A DNA stretch of 63,460 nucleotides, taken from an uncultured Dehalococcoidia bacterium (GTDB taxonomy: Bacteria > Chloroflexota > Dehalococcoidia > SM23-28-2). The stretch covers positions 45,784 through 109,243 of the forward strand of contig CAZEJO010000001.1 of NCBI GenBank assembly GCA_964512285.1, in the 5' to 3' direction. How positions within the stretch are numbered: the stretch's first letter is position 1; every line of letters begins with the position of its first letter. This document shows, in pieces, positions 39,346 to 47,943 of the stretch. Under the pieces are notes generated by a model. The model searched no databases, was not told the origin of the DNA, and saw only the letters and a list, made by a program, of their open reading frames with translations. The translations under genes and the position numbers were made by a program.

Positions 39346-40158
39346 GTGGCTGACGTCGGTCTGAGCCCAGCCATCGTCGAGGCCCTGGCGGGTGAGAGGA
39401 CGCCGAAGTTCTTGGCCACCCTCAACGGCGAGGGCGTGCCCAACGTGGTGCCTATCATCTCGTTACAGGCGGCGGACGAAAGCACTGTCATCTTCGGCGA
39501 GTTCATGATGTGGAAGACGAGGCGCAATCTGGAGGTGAATCCCCGCGTGTCCGTGGCGGTAATGACGCACAGCCAGGGCTGGGTCATCAAGGGGGACTTC
39601 CTGGAGTTTCAGCGGAGCGGGCCCTACTTCGACCAGATCATGGCCACGGACACGTTCCGCTACAACGCCTATGCTGGCATCCGCAATGCTGGGGTGATTC
39701 GAGTGGGGAGCGTGGTGCGGGCCTTCGCCTTATCGCGGCTCACGGTTCTGTCTGACATGGCCCGCGCCAAGTGGTTCGCCCGCCGTGCTCGCAGACGGGG
39801 CGTCGACGGAGTCACGGTTCCTATTCAGGTGCGGCAGAAGTTCGCTCGCCTTCAGGCCGCCAAGTTCCTAGCCTATCTGGACGGCGATGGCTACCCGGAC
39901 ATCGTGCCGGTTCTCTCCCTCATACCGGCTGATGAGCAGACATTCGTCTTCAGCGGCGGCCCGGCGGAGTCGCCCTTGGTAGCGCTGAGCCCCGGCGCAA
40001 AGGTGGCGGCCTCGGTGCTCACCTTCGAGCCGGTGGCCTACCAGATAAAGGGCGAATTCCTGGGGACAGAGCGGAGCCTGGGGCGATTGGCCGGGGTGGT
40101 CGGCGTCCAGGAGGTATACAGCGCCTCGCCGCCGCTTCCGGGCCAGCGGATCGCTTAG
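39346..40158 (+). CDS. Tandem split-barrel (pyridoxamine-5'-phosphate-oxidase-like, FMN-binding) protein
   Basis: Two similar halves (KFLATLNGEGVPNVVPIISL.. and KFLAYLDGDGYPDIVPVLSL..). GTG start 18 nt after the activase. Confidence 0.55.
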   Translation: MADVGLSPAIVEALAGERTPKFLATLNGEGVPNVVPIISLQAADESTVIFGEFMMWKTRRNLEVNPRVSVAVMTHSQGWVIKGDFLEFQRSGPYFDQIMATDTFRYNAYAGIRNAGVIRVGSVVRAFALSRLTVLSDMARAKWFARRARRRGVDGVTVPIQVRQKFARLQAAKFLAYLDGDGYPDIVPVLSLIPADEQTFVFSGGPAESPLVALSPGAKVAASVLTFEPVAYQIKGEFLGTERSLGRLAGVVGVQEVYSASPPLPGQRIA

Positions 40159-40193
40159 AGATTGCAGAAGGCCAGCATCTCTCGGGAGCCTCG

Positions 40194-42425
40194 CTATACT
40201 TTTTGGGCTGTTGTGGAATCGCCCAGTTTGGCACTGTAAAGGGAAATGTCTGCCAATCTCAGCAGGTCGTCGTCGGTGGTGGCGTCATCGGGGTAGCAAG
40301 CTAGCCCAGCGCTCACGCTCAGGTCAGCCGCGGCGGGATCATTCAGTTCCTTGAGCTTGTTGGCCATGGATTTCCCTATCCGTCCGAGTATGACCTGGGC
40401 CCGATTCAGGTCGGCGTGCATGAATATGGCGGCGAACTGGTCGTCACTGTAGCGACAGGCAATGTCTGAACGGCGCATCTGTGAGCGGATGGAATCAGCA
40501 GCAAAGCGGAGTATCTTGTCGCTTGCTGCCTGCCCCTGAGCTTCGCTATAGCTCTCGAAGTTGTCGATGTCGGCGATCATCAGCACAAGGCCGTGGTCGT
40601 AGCGCTTGGCACGTTCGAGCTCCTCGCCCAGTCGCTGATGAAAGTAGGCGCGGTTATGCAGACCTGAGAGCTCGTCGGTGATCGGCCTCAGTTCTGTCTC
40701 CGCTCGCAGGATAAGGTTCTCCAATGGCGGAGCAACCTGAGCAGCAGCGGCCTGGAGGAGGTCCAGGTCTGGCGCCTGGAAGGAGGAGCCCTTCGAAAAG
40801 GTGATAAGCACCAGGCAGCCGAAGGGCCTTTCGCTGATGCCCAGAGGCGCACACACGATGCTTTGGGGTACGCTAGATTCCTCGGTGGATTGTTTGAGAA
40901 GCTCGTCACCCTGAGGGCCGAGACCTCCCGCTGCTTCAAGCTGCTCCATCGAAGAATACACCTGGGTTTCGCCTGACCTGAAAGCCTCGCCGATCAGGTT
41001 CTCGCCGGACTTGACTACCAGCTTGGACATCACCTGCTGGTCGAGACCGCGCACAGCGCGAACCTCTAGCAGGTCTCTATGCCGGTTGTGGGCCATAAGG
41101 AACCCGGCCTCCGTTCGCGGCAGGAGTTTGAAGATGGCTTTCAGCGCTCTGGCAGCCGCCTCGTCAAAGTCGATAGCTGTGGCAGCGGCGTTCGATAGGT
41201 TGAGGAAAAGGTGAAGCTGGTCTTCGCGCTGCCGCACCTCCTTGACGAGGTGACTGATCATTGTGGTATCTCGGGCTGTGCCTTCAATGGCCACCAGGTG
41301 GTCATCCTCATCGTAGGCGGGCAAGAAGCTGAATGTCAGCCATATTGTATGGCCGTCCTTATGCAGGCACTTCAGGGCTATCGGACCTTCAGGCATGTTA
41401 CCGGAAAGCATGGCCTTCCATACGCTGACGAAGGACTGCCAATGGTCGGGGTGGACAAGCCGACCGACGATCTCCGGGCCGGAGGCTAGCTGCTCCAGGG
41501 TAAAGCCCGTCACCCTCTCCCAGATCGGGTTGGCGTATGTAAGGCCCTTCTGGATGTCTACGCGGAACACCAGGTCAGCGGTACGTTCCACAAGTTGGCG
41601 ATATCTTTCCTCAGATCTGGTGGAGCCTGTCGCGGCCGTTTCTTTGGCGAGCAGGGCGACGATCATCCGGTCGAAGTCTCTGGCGAGGGACTCGAACTCT
41701 GGCGTCCCCGATATTTGGGGCCTTGTGGCGGTATCTCCGCTGGCAATCGCCCTGGCGCTCGCCCGGAGTGATGCCAGCGGTCGAAGGATGCTTCGCGTCA
41801 GCGTCAGCGTCGCCCAGACGCCGACGCTGAAGACGAGGCCGGCGGAACCCAGTAGGACCCAAAGCAGTAGGTCTCCGTCGCTAGCCGTCGCAGGGAGGGC
41901 GATGTCCATCTGGTGCTGCTGTTCGCTGATCAGCTCGGCGACCACCGGCCTCAGGCTGGCGATGGCGTCTTCTACCTGGGAGCGGGCCGTCGTCGCCTGG
42001 TCGTCAGCGCCGACCTCTGTGAACAGGAACGCCCCTTCGCCCTGCACCTCGATCTCCTGAGTGTGTCTAGCGATGTCGTCTAGTGCAGCCAGCGTTTGGG
42101 GGGCAGCGGGGTCGCTTTGCAGGGCTTTGGCCTCCTCGACATTCTCCTTAACCCGAGCAATTGACTCACGGAACGTATCGGCAAAGCTCCAGTCGTTGGT
42201 GACGGGGAAGGCCCGCAGGGTCTCGAGCTGGAGGGTGAATTCGGCATCGATGTCGCGCAGGGCGGCGGTTGTAAGGGAGGTTCTCTCTATGGCATCCACG
42301 TCGACTTGGCCGGCCTGATCGTCCCCAAGGCGGAAGACGGATATCAGGCAGACGCCAATGAGGAGCAACGTGAACAGTGAAAACGTGGCGATGATCCGTG
42401 CCCGCACCGATCGCAGACCAGGCAT
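40194..42425 (-). CDS. Membrane sensor: TM-sensor-TM, HAMP-like, PAS, GAF and a degenerate GGDEF domain
   Basis: The start was set at ATG 42425 (MPGLRSVRARIIATFSLFTLLLIG). The GGDEF position reads SDDQF (nt 40434-40448). RRSD (nt 40464-40475) is at the I-site position. Confidence 0.8.
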   Translation of the reverse strand: MPGLRSVRARIIATFSLFTLLLIGVCLISVFRLGDDQAGQVDVDAIERTSLTTAALRDIDAEFTLQLETLRAFPVTNDWSFADTFRESIARVKENVEEAKALQSDPAAPQTLAALDDIARHTQEIEVQGEGAFLFTEVGADDQATTARSQVEDAIASLRPVVAELISEQQHQMDIALPATASDGDLLLWVLLGSAGLVFSVGVWATLTLTRSILRPLASLRASARAIASGDTATRPQISGTPEFESLARDFDRMIVALLAKETAATGSTRSEERYRQLVERTADLVFRVDIQKGLTYANPIWERVTGFTLEQLASGPEIVGRLVHPDHWQSFVSVWKAMLSGNMPEGPIALKCLHKDGHTIWLTFSFLPAYDEDDHLVAIEGTARDTTMISHLVKEVRQREDQLHLFLNLSNAAATAIDFDEAAARALKAIFKLLPRTEAGFLMAHNRHRDLLEVRAVRGLDQQVMSKLVVKSGENLIGEAFRSGETQVYSSMEQLEAAGGLGPQGDELLKQSTEESSVPQSIVCAPLGISERPFGCLVLITFSKGSSFQAPDLDLLQAAAAQVAPPLENLILRAETELRPITDELSGLHNRAYFHQRLGEELERAKRYDHGLVLMIADIDNFESYSEAQGQAASDKILRFAADSIRSQMRRSDIACRYSDDQFAAIFMHADLNRAQVILGRIGKSMANKLKELNDPAAADLSVSAGLACYPDDATTDDDLLRLADISLYSAKLGDSTTAQKV

Positions 42426-42586
42426 TAGTCTGCCAACCTTTCCCCAACTACAACGAACTGCCTGCCACCCTCCGCTCGCCTCATGTGGCGGTTTGGAGGC
42501 CGTATAACAACAGGTCAATATCCTTTGCTGTGCTAAATGAATTGACGCTAGTCCAGGTCAGTCCGTTACATATAGGACGACCACGG

Positions 42587-42614
42587 TTGAAATCATCGCG
42601 CGAGGTGCTATCAT
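42587..42614 (+). promoter_or_regulatory. Candidate promoter of tRNA-Met (TTGAAA-N16-TATCAT)
   Basis: The -10 ends 9 nt before the mature tRNA 5' end. Confidence 0.4.
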
Positions 42615-42623
42615 GGCAGTGGT

Positions 42624-42695
42624 GGGCTCGTAGCTCAGCGGCAGAGCGGCCGGCTCATAACCGGTTGGTCGCAGGTTCGAATCCTGCCGGGCCCA
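42624..42695 (+). tRNA. tRNA with CAT anticodon (elongator Met, or Ile2 if lysidine-modified); CCA not encoded
   Basis: Hand-folded. Acceptor GGGCTCG/CGGGCCC (one G.T pair), D arm GCTC-AGCGGCA-GAGC, anticodon arm GCCGG-CTCATAA-CCGGT, T arm GCAGG-TTCGAAT-CCTGC, discriminator A. The 1:72 pair is G:C, so it is not an initiator. Confidence 0.85.
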
Positions 42696-42777
42696 CTATG
42701 TGTGTCCCCAGTGCAGGCCCTCCGATTGCCTATAGTGTTTCACCGTAGGTGAGATATGGAGCGTCAGACGTCTTCCG

Positions 42778-42937
42778 GCCGCTCGTCCTGAGCCTGTCGA
42801 AGGAAGAGCGGGGCTCATGGTTCGACAAGCTCACCATGAGCGGATCACAAGCTCACCATGAGCGGATCACAAGCTCACCATGAGCGGATCACAGGCTCAC
42901 CATGAGCGGATCACAGGCTCACCATGAGCGGCCCACG
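42778..42937 (-). repeat. Composite hairpin-repeat locus A (modules X, Y', then 5 x 22-bp Y-type tandem units), inverted orientation
   Basis: CCGCTCGTCCTGAGCCTGTCGAAGGAAGAGCGG, then GGCTCATGGTTCGACAAGCTCACCATGAGCGG, then GCTCACCATGAGCGGATCACA[A/G] starting at 42828, 42850, 42872, 42894 and 42916. Confidence 0.9.
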
Positions 42938-43002
42938 GGCCCACCATTCGCTGGCTCTGGGGGCCGCCGATACGGTATCATGCTATCGGAGGCTCAAGCA
43001 CG

Positions 43003-43584
43003 ATGGCGGGTGGGGCCAGCCTGCTTCAGCAGATACGGCACTTCTTGGCCGACTATCGGCCACAGCGTTTTCTCCACGATGAAGCGATCCCGGCGGGGGT
43101 GCTTCTTCTTCTCTATGAGAAGGCGGGCGAGCTCTATATCGTCCTGACCAGGCGCACCGATGACGTGGAGCACCACAAGGGCGAGACCTCTTTCCCCGGC
43201 GGCGCGTTCGACCCCGATGACGGCGATATGCTCGCCACTGCTCTGCGGGAGACGGAGGAGGAGATCGGCGTGCGGGCGGAGGACGTGGAGGTGCTGGGCC
43301 AACTGGACGACATCGTGACTGTCACCGGCTTTCTGGTGAGTCCGTTCGTGGGGGTTCTGCGCAGGTGGCCGTATCCGTTCGTCGTGAGTGCGCGCGAGGT
43401 GGCGGAGCTCGTGGAGGTGCCTCTGCGCCACCTGATGGACGAGCGTAATCTGGAGCAAGGCGCGCGGATGTTTGGGGACCGCTGGTGGCCCATCCTGTCC
43501 TATAGGTACGGCGACCATCGCATCTGGGGGGCGACTGCTCGCATCTTCAAGGGCTTCTTCGACCATCTGAAGGAAGGGGAGTGA
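43003..43584 (+). CDS. NUDIX hydrolase (CoA pyrophosphatase-like)
   Basis: Nudix box GGAFDPDDGDMLATALRETEEEIGV. Confidence 0.85.
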   Translation: MAGGASLLQQIRHFLADYRPQRFLHDEAIPAGVLLLLYEKAGELYIVLTRRTDDVEHHKGETSFPGGAFDPDDGDMLATALRETEEEIGVRAEDVEVLGQLDDIVTVTGFLVSPFVGVLRRWPYPFVVSAREVAELVEVPLRHLMDERNLEQGARMFGDRWWPILSYRYGDHRIWGATARIFKGFFDHLKEGE

Positions 43585-43591
43585 GGCAAGG

Positions 43592-43870
43592 GTGTCGAAC
43601 GTGGGTGAAGGACGGCCGAGGCGAAGGCGACGGCGAGAGCGGGGGCCGACGGAGAAGGAGCTTCTGCGCAAGCTGGCGATGGTGGAGAGGTTTGTGGTGG
43701 AGTGCCAGACGTGCCAGTCGGAGAACCCGCAGCACTGGCAGTACTGCGCGGAGTGCGGGGCGCGGCTGGCGACGGCCTGCCCGGGGTGCGGCTGCCCGCT
43801 GCCGCCGGTGGGCGCTCGCTACTGCCCTCACTGCGGGATGGAGCTTCCGAGGGAGGAAGGCGAGGCGTAG
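43592..43870 (+). CDS. Small double zinc-ribbon protein with a basic N-terminus
   Basis: CQTCQ..YCAECG and CPGCG..YCPHCG (four CxxC pairs). The start codon is uncertain (GTG 43592 or an internal ATG). Confidence 0.6.
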   Translation: MSNVGEGRPRRRRRRERGPTEKELLRKLAMVERFVVECQTCQSENPQHWQYCAECGARLATACPGCGCPLPPVGARYCPHCGMELPREEGEA

Positions 43871-43922
43871 GCCCAATTTGATTGTGTTCGCGAAAAGTTT
43901 TCGCGGTGGTATTTGGTGAGCG

Positions 43923-43947
43923 GCCCGCCAGATAGGCGGGCGTTTGA
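43923..43947 (+). terminator. Candidate intrinsic terminator
   Basis: GCCCGCC-agata-GGCGGGC followed by GTTTGATTGTT. A second palindrome, CGCGAAAAgTTTTCGCG, lies at 43889-43905. Confidence 0.4.
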
Positions 43948-44053
43948 TTGTTCTGGGCGCTGAGGCCGCGCGCGGCAGGCCGATTTTCATGACACGTCTA
44001 GCTTAGGCGAGGGAAGGGGCGAAGGCCAAGGGGGGAGTGGCACGGAGCGGGGC

Positions 44054-44077
44054 CTAGGAGCGGCGCACGCGGTGCCG
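44054..44077 (+). repeat. Left copy of a ~24-bp imperfect direct repeat bounding the lower-GC cassette
   Basis: CTAGGAGCGGCGCACGCGGTGCCG versus CTAGGAGCGGCGCATGCGGTTGCCG at 45735-45759. Confidence 0.7.
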
Positions 44078-44129
44078 CGTTTGACTGGCTGGGACATTTC
44101 GGGTATGATGGCCCCAAGACAGGGAACAC

Positions 44130-44921
44130 ATGTTCGCTCAAGGAAGATTCTGTGTGGCGAGCGGAGGAGTGAAGCCAGTGGACGAGGAGATACGCACTCA
44201 GTTGGTAATAGTGGCGGCCCAAGCGCGAGAGCTATCCGAAGCGCTGGGTAATAGCAAGGCGGAGCGATTGGAGACCAGGGATCACACTCACCACTTCTAT
44301 AACAACCTGCTGACGAAAGCCCACGAGTTGCTCGGCGACTCTGCCACGAGAAAGCTCTTGCCGTCAGGTATCCACCCAGCCGGTTCCGCCCTTACGATGG
44401 CCAAGTCGGACGTAATGGCCGGAGCAGCGCAATTGGCAAGCGTCCTTGAGAAGCTACTCGGCCAGGAGTCAGGCAGGGTGGAGGAACTGGAGCGGGAGAA
44501 GCAGGCTCTCGAGGCCAAGGTGCTCGAGGCGGAGGCACGCGCGGTCACCATCAAAGACGACGAACTCCTCGACCGATGTGTCGATCTGCTGTTGAAGCCA
44601 GGCAAAGCAGACATAGCCGTCGGGGCTGCATGCACCGTATTGGAACACAGGATTCGCAAGGTGGCCGGACTTCCTAAGGGTGTGGTTGGGGTCAAGCTTG
44701 TTGAACAAGCGCTCGGCAAGAACGGCAAGCTGGTAACTAGCGACGTAGAGGCTGAGCAAGAGGGGTTTCACTTGCTCTGTCGCGGGGTCATTGGCTTCTT
44801 CAAGAACCCCACATCGCACCGCGTGATTGAGGATTACGACCTCACACGCGCACGCCAAGTGGTGGGCCTGATCGACACTCTCCTGCAGCTATTGCGTGAA
44901 GCCAAGAAGCGATCTGACTAG
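44130..44921 (+). CDS. Protein with coiled-coil N-terminus and a TIGR02391 (Hypoth_Ymh)-like C-terminal domain
   Basis: The C-terminal ~115 aa (DIAVGAACTVLEHRIRKVAGL..EQEGFHLLCRGVIGFFKNPTSHRVIEDY..ARQVVGLIDTLLQLL) fits my recollection of that family. The region looks lower in GC by eye. Confidence 0.55.
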   Translation: MFAQGRFCVASGGVKPVDEEIRTQLVIVAAQARELSEALGNSKAERLETRDHTHHFYNNLLTKAHELLGDSATRKLLPSGIHPAGSALTMAKSDVMAGAAQLASVLEKLLGQESGRVEELEREKQALEAKVLEAEARAVTIKDDELLDRCVDLLLKPGKADIAVGAACTVLEHRIRKVAGLPKGVVGVKLVEQALGKNGKLVTSDVEAEQEGFHLLCRGVIGFFKNPTSHRVIEDYDLTRARQVVGLIDTLLQLLREAKKRSD

Positions 44922-44967
44922 GGGTACGGCCACCCCACCGCCACCACGAACCGGGCGAGGGCGTTAA

Positions 44968-45639
44968 CTAGCTGCGGATCTGCAAGTCAACCGACTTGAT
45001 GGCTTCCATGGCGCCGAGGTAGAACCCAACCACCGCGGCTTCCAGTCTGGATCTTCCGTCGGGGTTCAGTTTGCGTCCAAGTCGATCTAGAAGCGTGTCT
45101 GTCAGCATGGATGCGGTAATTCCCCTATTCCAAGCCTGGTCGGTGCCTATGCGATTCGCAACATAGGCGACGGAATCTTTGTCTATGCCTGCTTTGCCCC
45201 ATTTGAGGGCGAAGTCCAATCTTGACCTGGCGATGACGGCATTCGATGCCTGGCGGCTTCGTCCACCGGGTATCTCGCCAGGGGAACGTGCGATAGCTTT
45301 GCTGTAATCGGTTATAGCCTCCCAAATGTCAAGCCATCCGTTTTCCTCTAGGTAATTCTTAGTAAAGACAACCTGCGGTATAGTCCGGTCGGGTTTCAGG
45401 CGATGCTGCCACGCCAGGCCGAAGAGTTCAAGACGTAGTGTATTTGCCTCCTTCTGCAATAAGGTTTTGTCGACCGTCGCGAATGACTCATCGGCCTCCG
45501 TAACGAATTCAAGAAGGCTCTCCGACAAGGACGAACTTACGTCGGTGTCAGCGATGACTGGGCGGAAAACGTATGAATCATAGAATTTGCGGCAGAACTC
45601 TTCGACTCCTACTTTAGGTTTGCTGCTGAATAGGCCCAT
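44968..45639 (-). CDS. Hypothetical protein (223 aa), no recognisable domain
   Basis: Clean ORF in the lower-GC segment, convergent with 44130..44921. I could not assign any motif. Confidence 0.5.
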   Translation of the reverse strand: MGLFSSKPKVGVEEFCRKFYDSYVFRPVIADTDVSSSLSESLLEFVTEADESFATVDKTLLQKEANTLRLELFGLAWQHRLKPDRTIPQVVFTKNYLEENGWLDIWEAITDYSKAIARSPGEIPGGRSRQASNAVIARSRLDFALKWGKAGIDKDSVAYVANRIGTDQAWNRGITASMLTDTLLDRLGRKLNPDGRSRLEAAVVGFYLGAMEAIKSVDLQIRS

Positions 45640-45734
45640 CTGGCTGCCTCTCCCTTCGACCAGCTTGCGCGGCCATTCTACCCGCAGGCGCTACGGTTGG
45701 CAAGGGAAGAAGCCGCCGCGTCACCACGCTGTGG

Positions 45735-45759
45735 CTAGGAGCGGCGCATGCGGTTGCCG
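45735..45759 (+). repeat. Right copy of the direct repeat bounding the lower-GC cassette
   Basis: See 44054-44077. Confidence 0.7.
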
Positions 45760-45787
45760 AGGGTGGGTTCGAGCGCCAGATCGGCGC

Positions 45788-46525
45788 TCACTGGCTTCCC
45801 TCCTCCGGCTCCTGCGCGGCGTGGCGGGTGGCCCAGGCGGCCACCTTCGTCGCCAGCTCGTCGCTGCGGCGGCTCCAGTCGCTGTCCTGTAGCGATGGGA
45901 AGGACTGGGCCAGGAGGTGGTGGAGGAGGGTCGCCGTCTCGTAGGCGAGGTCGAGGAAGGTGAGGAGGCGGCGGCGCTGATAGAAGGGACCGCTGCGAAG
46001 GGTGCCCTTGCTGTCGAGGGCGCCGGAGACGGAGGCGGCGGAGGGGTGGGCGAACCGGCTGAGGTCGTGGAAGATCTGCCCCAGGGCGGGCTCCGGGTGC
46101 TCGTGCTCGCTGGCGTCCTGGGCGAGGGCGGCGGCCAGGGCCTCCCTCATGCGGGACGGGCTGGGCCAGTCGGCGCTCTCGCCTCTGAGCGCGGCGGCGT
46201 CCTGGGGGCTGGCGTTCAGCCAGGTGGCCGCGAGCCAGTACTCGTAGGCGTTTCGGGCCAGCGATAGGGCCTGCACGTAGTAGCCGTCGAGGGCGAGGTT
46301 GTGGGCGGAGCGGAGGAAGTTGGCGGCGCCTCCCACCAGGAGCAGGGTTAGCCCCTGGGCCTCGTTCGGGGACTGGACCGCCTCCAGCTCGCGGAAGCCG
46401 CGCATGAGGTGGCTGAGCAGGTCGTCGGCCAGGGACATGTCGTCGCTGTGGTACTGCCAGGCCTGGCGGTGGACGGCGCGCTCGCGGTCCTCCCAGGTCG
46501 AGCCGTGCGGCAGTTGGGCGGGCAT
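45788..46525 (-). CDS. Hypothetical helical protein (245 aa)
   Basis: ORF with protein-like composition. It ends 3 nt upstream of the rarA start region. No family recognised. Confidence 0.5.
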   Translation of the reverse strand: MPAQLPHGSTWEDRERAVHRQAWQYHSDDMSLADDLLSHLMRGFRELEAVQSPNEAQGLTLLLVGGAANFLRSAHNLALDGYYVQALSLARNAYEYWLAATWLNASPQDAAALRGESADWPSPSRMREALAAALAQDASEHEHPEPALGQIFHDLSRFAHPSAASVSGALDSKGTLRSGPFYQRRRLLTFLDLAYETATLLHHLLAQSFPSLQDSDWSRRSDELATKVAAWATRHAAQEPEEGSQ

Positions 46526-46530
46526 AGGCG

Positions 46531-47895
46531 CTAGTCCTGGGGCTCGCTTTCGCCCCGCAGCCGGCGCAGGCGCTCGCGGATGGTGCGCTCGAAGCCCTGG
46601 TCGGAGGGGTCGTAGTAGCGGCGGCCGCGGAGCTTATCGGGGAGGAACTGCTGGGGCACGTAGTGGCCGGGGAAGTGGTGAGCGTACTTGTAGTCCTTGC
46701 CGTAGCCCTTCTCCTTCATCAGGTCGGTGACGGGGTTGCGCAGGTGGAGAGGGACGGGCTCGTTGCGGGTCTCGCGGACGTCGCGGCGGGCCTTCTCGTA
46801 GGCAGCGAGGGCGGAGTTGCTCTTGGGGGCGGAGGCCAGGTAGATGACGGCCTCGGCGAGGGGGAGGAAGCCCTCGGGCATGCCGACGAAGTGGACGGCC
46901 TGCTGGGCGGCCATCGCCACGACCAGGGCCTGGGGGTCGGCGAGGCCGACGTCCTCGGCGGCGAGGATGACCATGCGGCGGACGACGAACAGGGGGTCCT
47001 CGCCGGCCTCGAGCATGCGGGCGAGCCAGTAGAGGGCGGCATCGGGGTCGGAGCCGCGCATCGACTTGATGAAAGCAGAGATGGTGTCGTAGTGGTAATC
47101 GCCGGCCTTGTCGTAGACGGAGGTGCGGCGCTGGAGGGCCTCCTCGAAGTCGGAGAGGGTGATGGTGCGGAGGCCGCGGTCGTCGGGCTGGACGGTGGCG
47201 GCGGCCAGCTCGAGGGCGTTGAGGGCGACGCGGGCATCGCCACCGGAGGCCTGGGCGAGGCTGGCGAGGGCGTCGTCGTCCACATGCGGGCGCAGGCGGG
47301 CGAGGCCGCGCTCGTCGTCGGCCATGGCGCGGCGGAGGATGACCTCGATCTGCTCGGGCGAGAGGGGGTTGAGGGTGTAGACGCGGCAGCGGGAGAGCAG
47401 GGGGGATATGACCTCGAAGGAGGGGTTCTCGGTGGTGGCGCCGATGAGGGTGACGACGCCGTCCTCGACATAAGGTAGAATCACGTCCTGCTGGGCCTTG
47501 TTGAAGCGATGGATCTCGTCGATGAAAAGGATGGTGCGCTGGCCTAACATGCCGCGCCGGTTCTGAGCCTCATCGACGATCTGGCGGAGGTCGGCGACGC
47601 CAGCGGTGACGGCGGAGATGGGTGCGAAGTGGGACTGGGTGAGGCTGGCGACGATGCGGGCGAGGGTGGTCTTGCCGCTGCCGGGCGGCCCCCAGAAGAC
47701 CATCGAGGGCACCTGGTCGGTCTCGATGCTCTTGCGCAGCATGCGGCCCTCGCCCACGATGTGCTCTTGGCCCAGGAACTCGTCGAAGTTGCGAGGGCGC
47801 ATGCGGGCAGCCAGGGGGGCCTCGCGCTGGGTGCGGGCGCGGGCCTGGGCGGCGAACATATCCGAGGGTTTGCTTTTGCCCTTCTTGGCTGGCAT
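46531..47895 (-). CDS. rarA: Replication-associated recombination protein A (AAA+ ATPase)
   Basis: Walker [12 protein letters not shown], Walker [14 protein letters not shown]-terminal MgsA domain ([26 protein letters not shown]). Confidence 0.95.
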   Translation of the reverse strand: MPAKKGKSKPSDMFAAQARARTQREAPLAARMRPRNFDEFLGQEHIVGEGRMLRKSIETDQVPSMVFWGPPGSGKTTLARIVASLTQSHFAPISAVTAGVADLRQIVDEAQNRRGMLGQRTILFIDEIHRFNKAQQDVILPYVEDGVVTLIGATTENPSFEVISPLLSRCRVYTLNPLSPEQIEVILRRAMADDERGLARLRPHVDDDALASLAQASGGDARVALNALELAAATVQPDDRGLRTITLSDFEEALQRRTSVYDKAGDYHYDTISAFIKSMRGSDPDAALYWLARMLEAGEDPLFVVRRMVILAAEDVGLADPQALVVAMAAQQAVHFVGMPEGFLPLAEAVIYLASAPKSNSALAAYEKARRDVRETRNEPVPLHLRNPVTDLMKEKGYGKDYKYAHHFPGHYVPQQFLPDKLRGRRYYDPSDQGFERTIRERLRRLRGESEPQD

Positions 47896-47943
47896 CTCGA
47901 ACAGATTATCGCATGTTGGGGCAAGGACGGCCAGTGCGAGGGG

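Noticed and set aside
45660-45700. Degenerate X-like module (CCCTTCGACCAGCTTGCGCGG) near the right end of the lower-GC cassette
   Set aside because: Only about 10 nt resemble the X loop region (TTCGAC), and the flanking 9-bp stems are absent. This is probably chance similarity.
42696-46530. Integrated prophage or genomic island at tRNA-Met
   Set aside because: There is no integrase, recombinase or phage structural gene, and only a 9-nt match to the tRNA 3' end. I kept it as a low-confidence scar hypothesis rather than calling it a mobile element.
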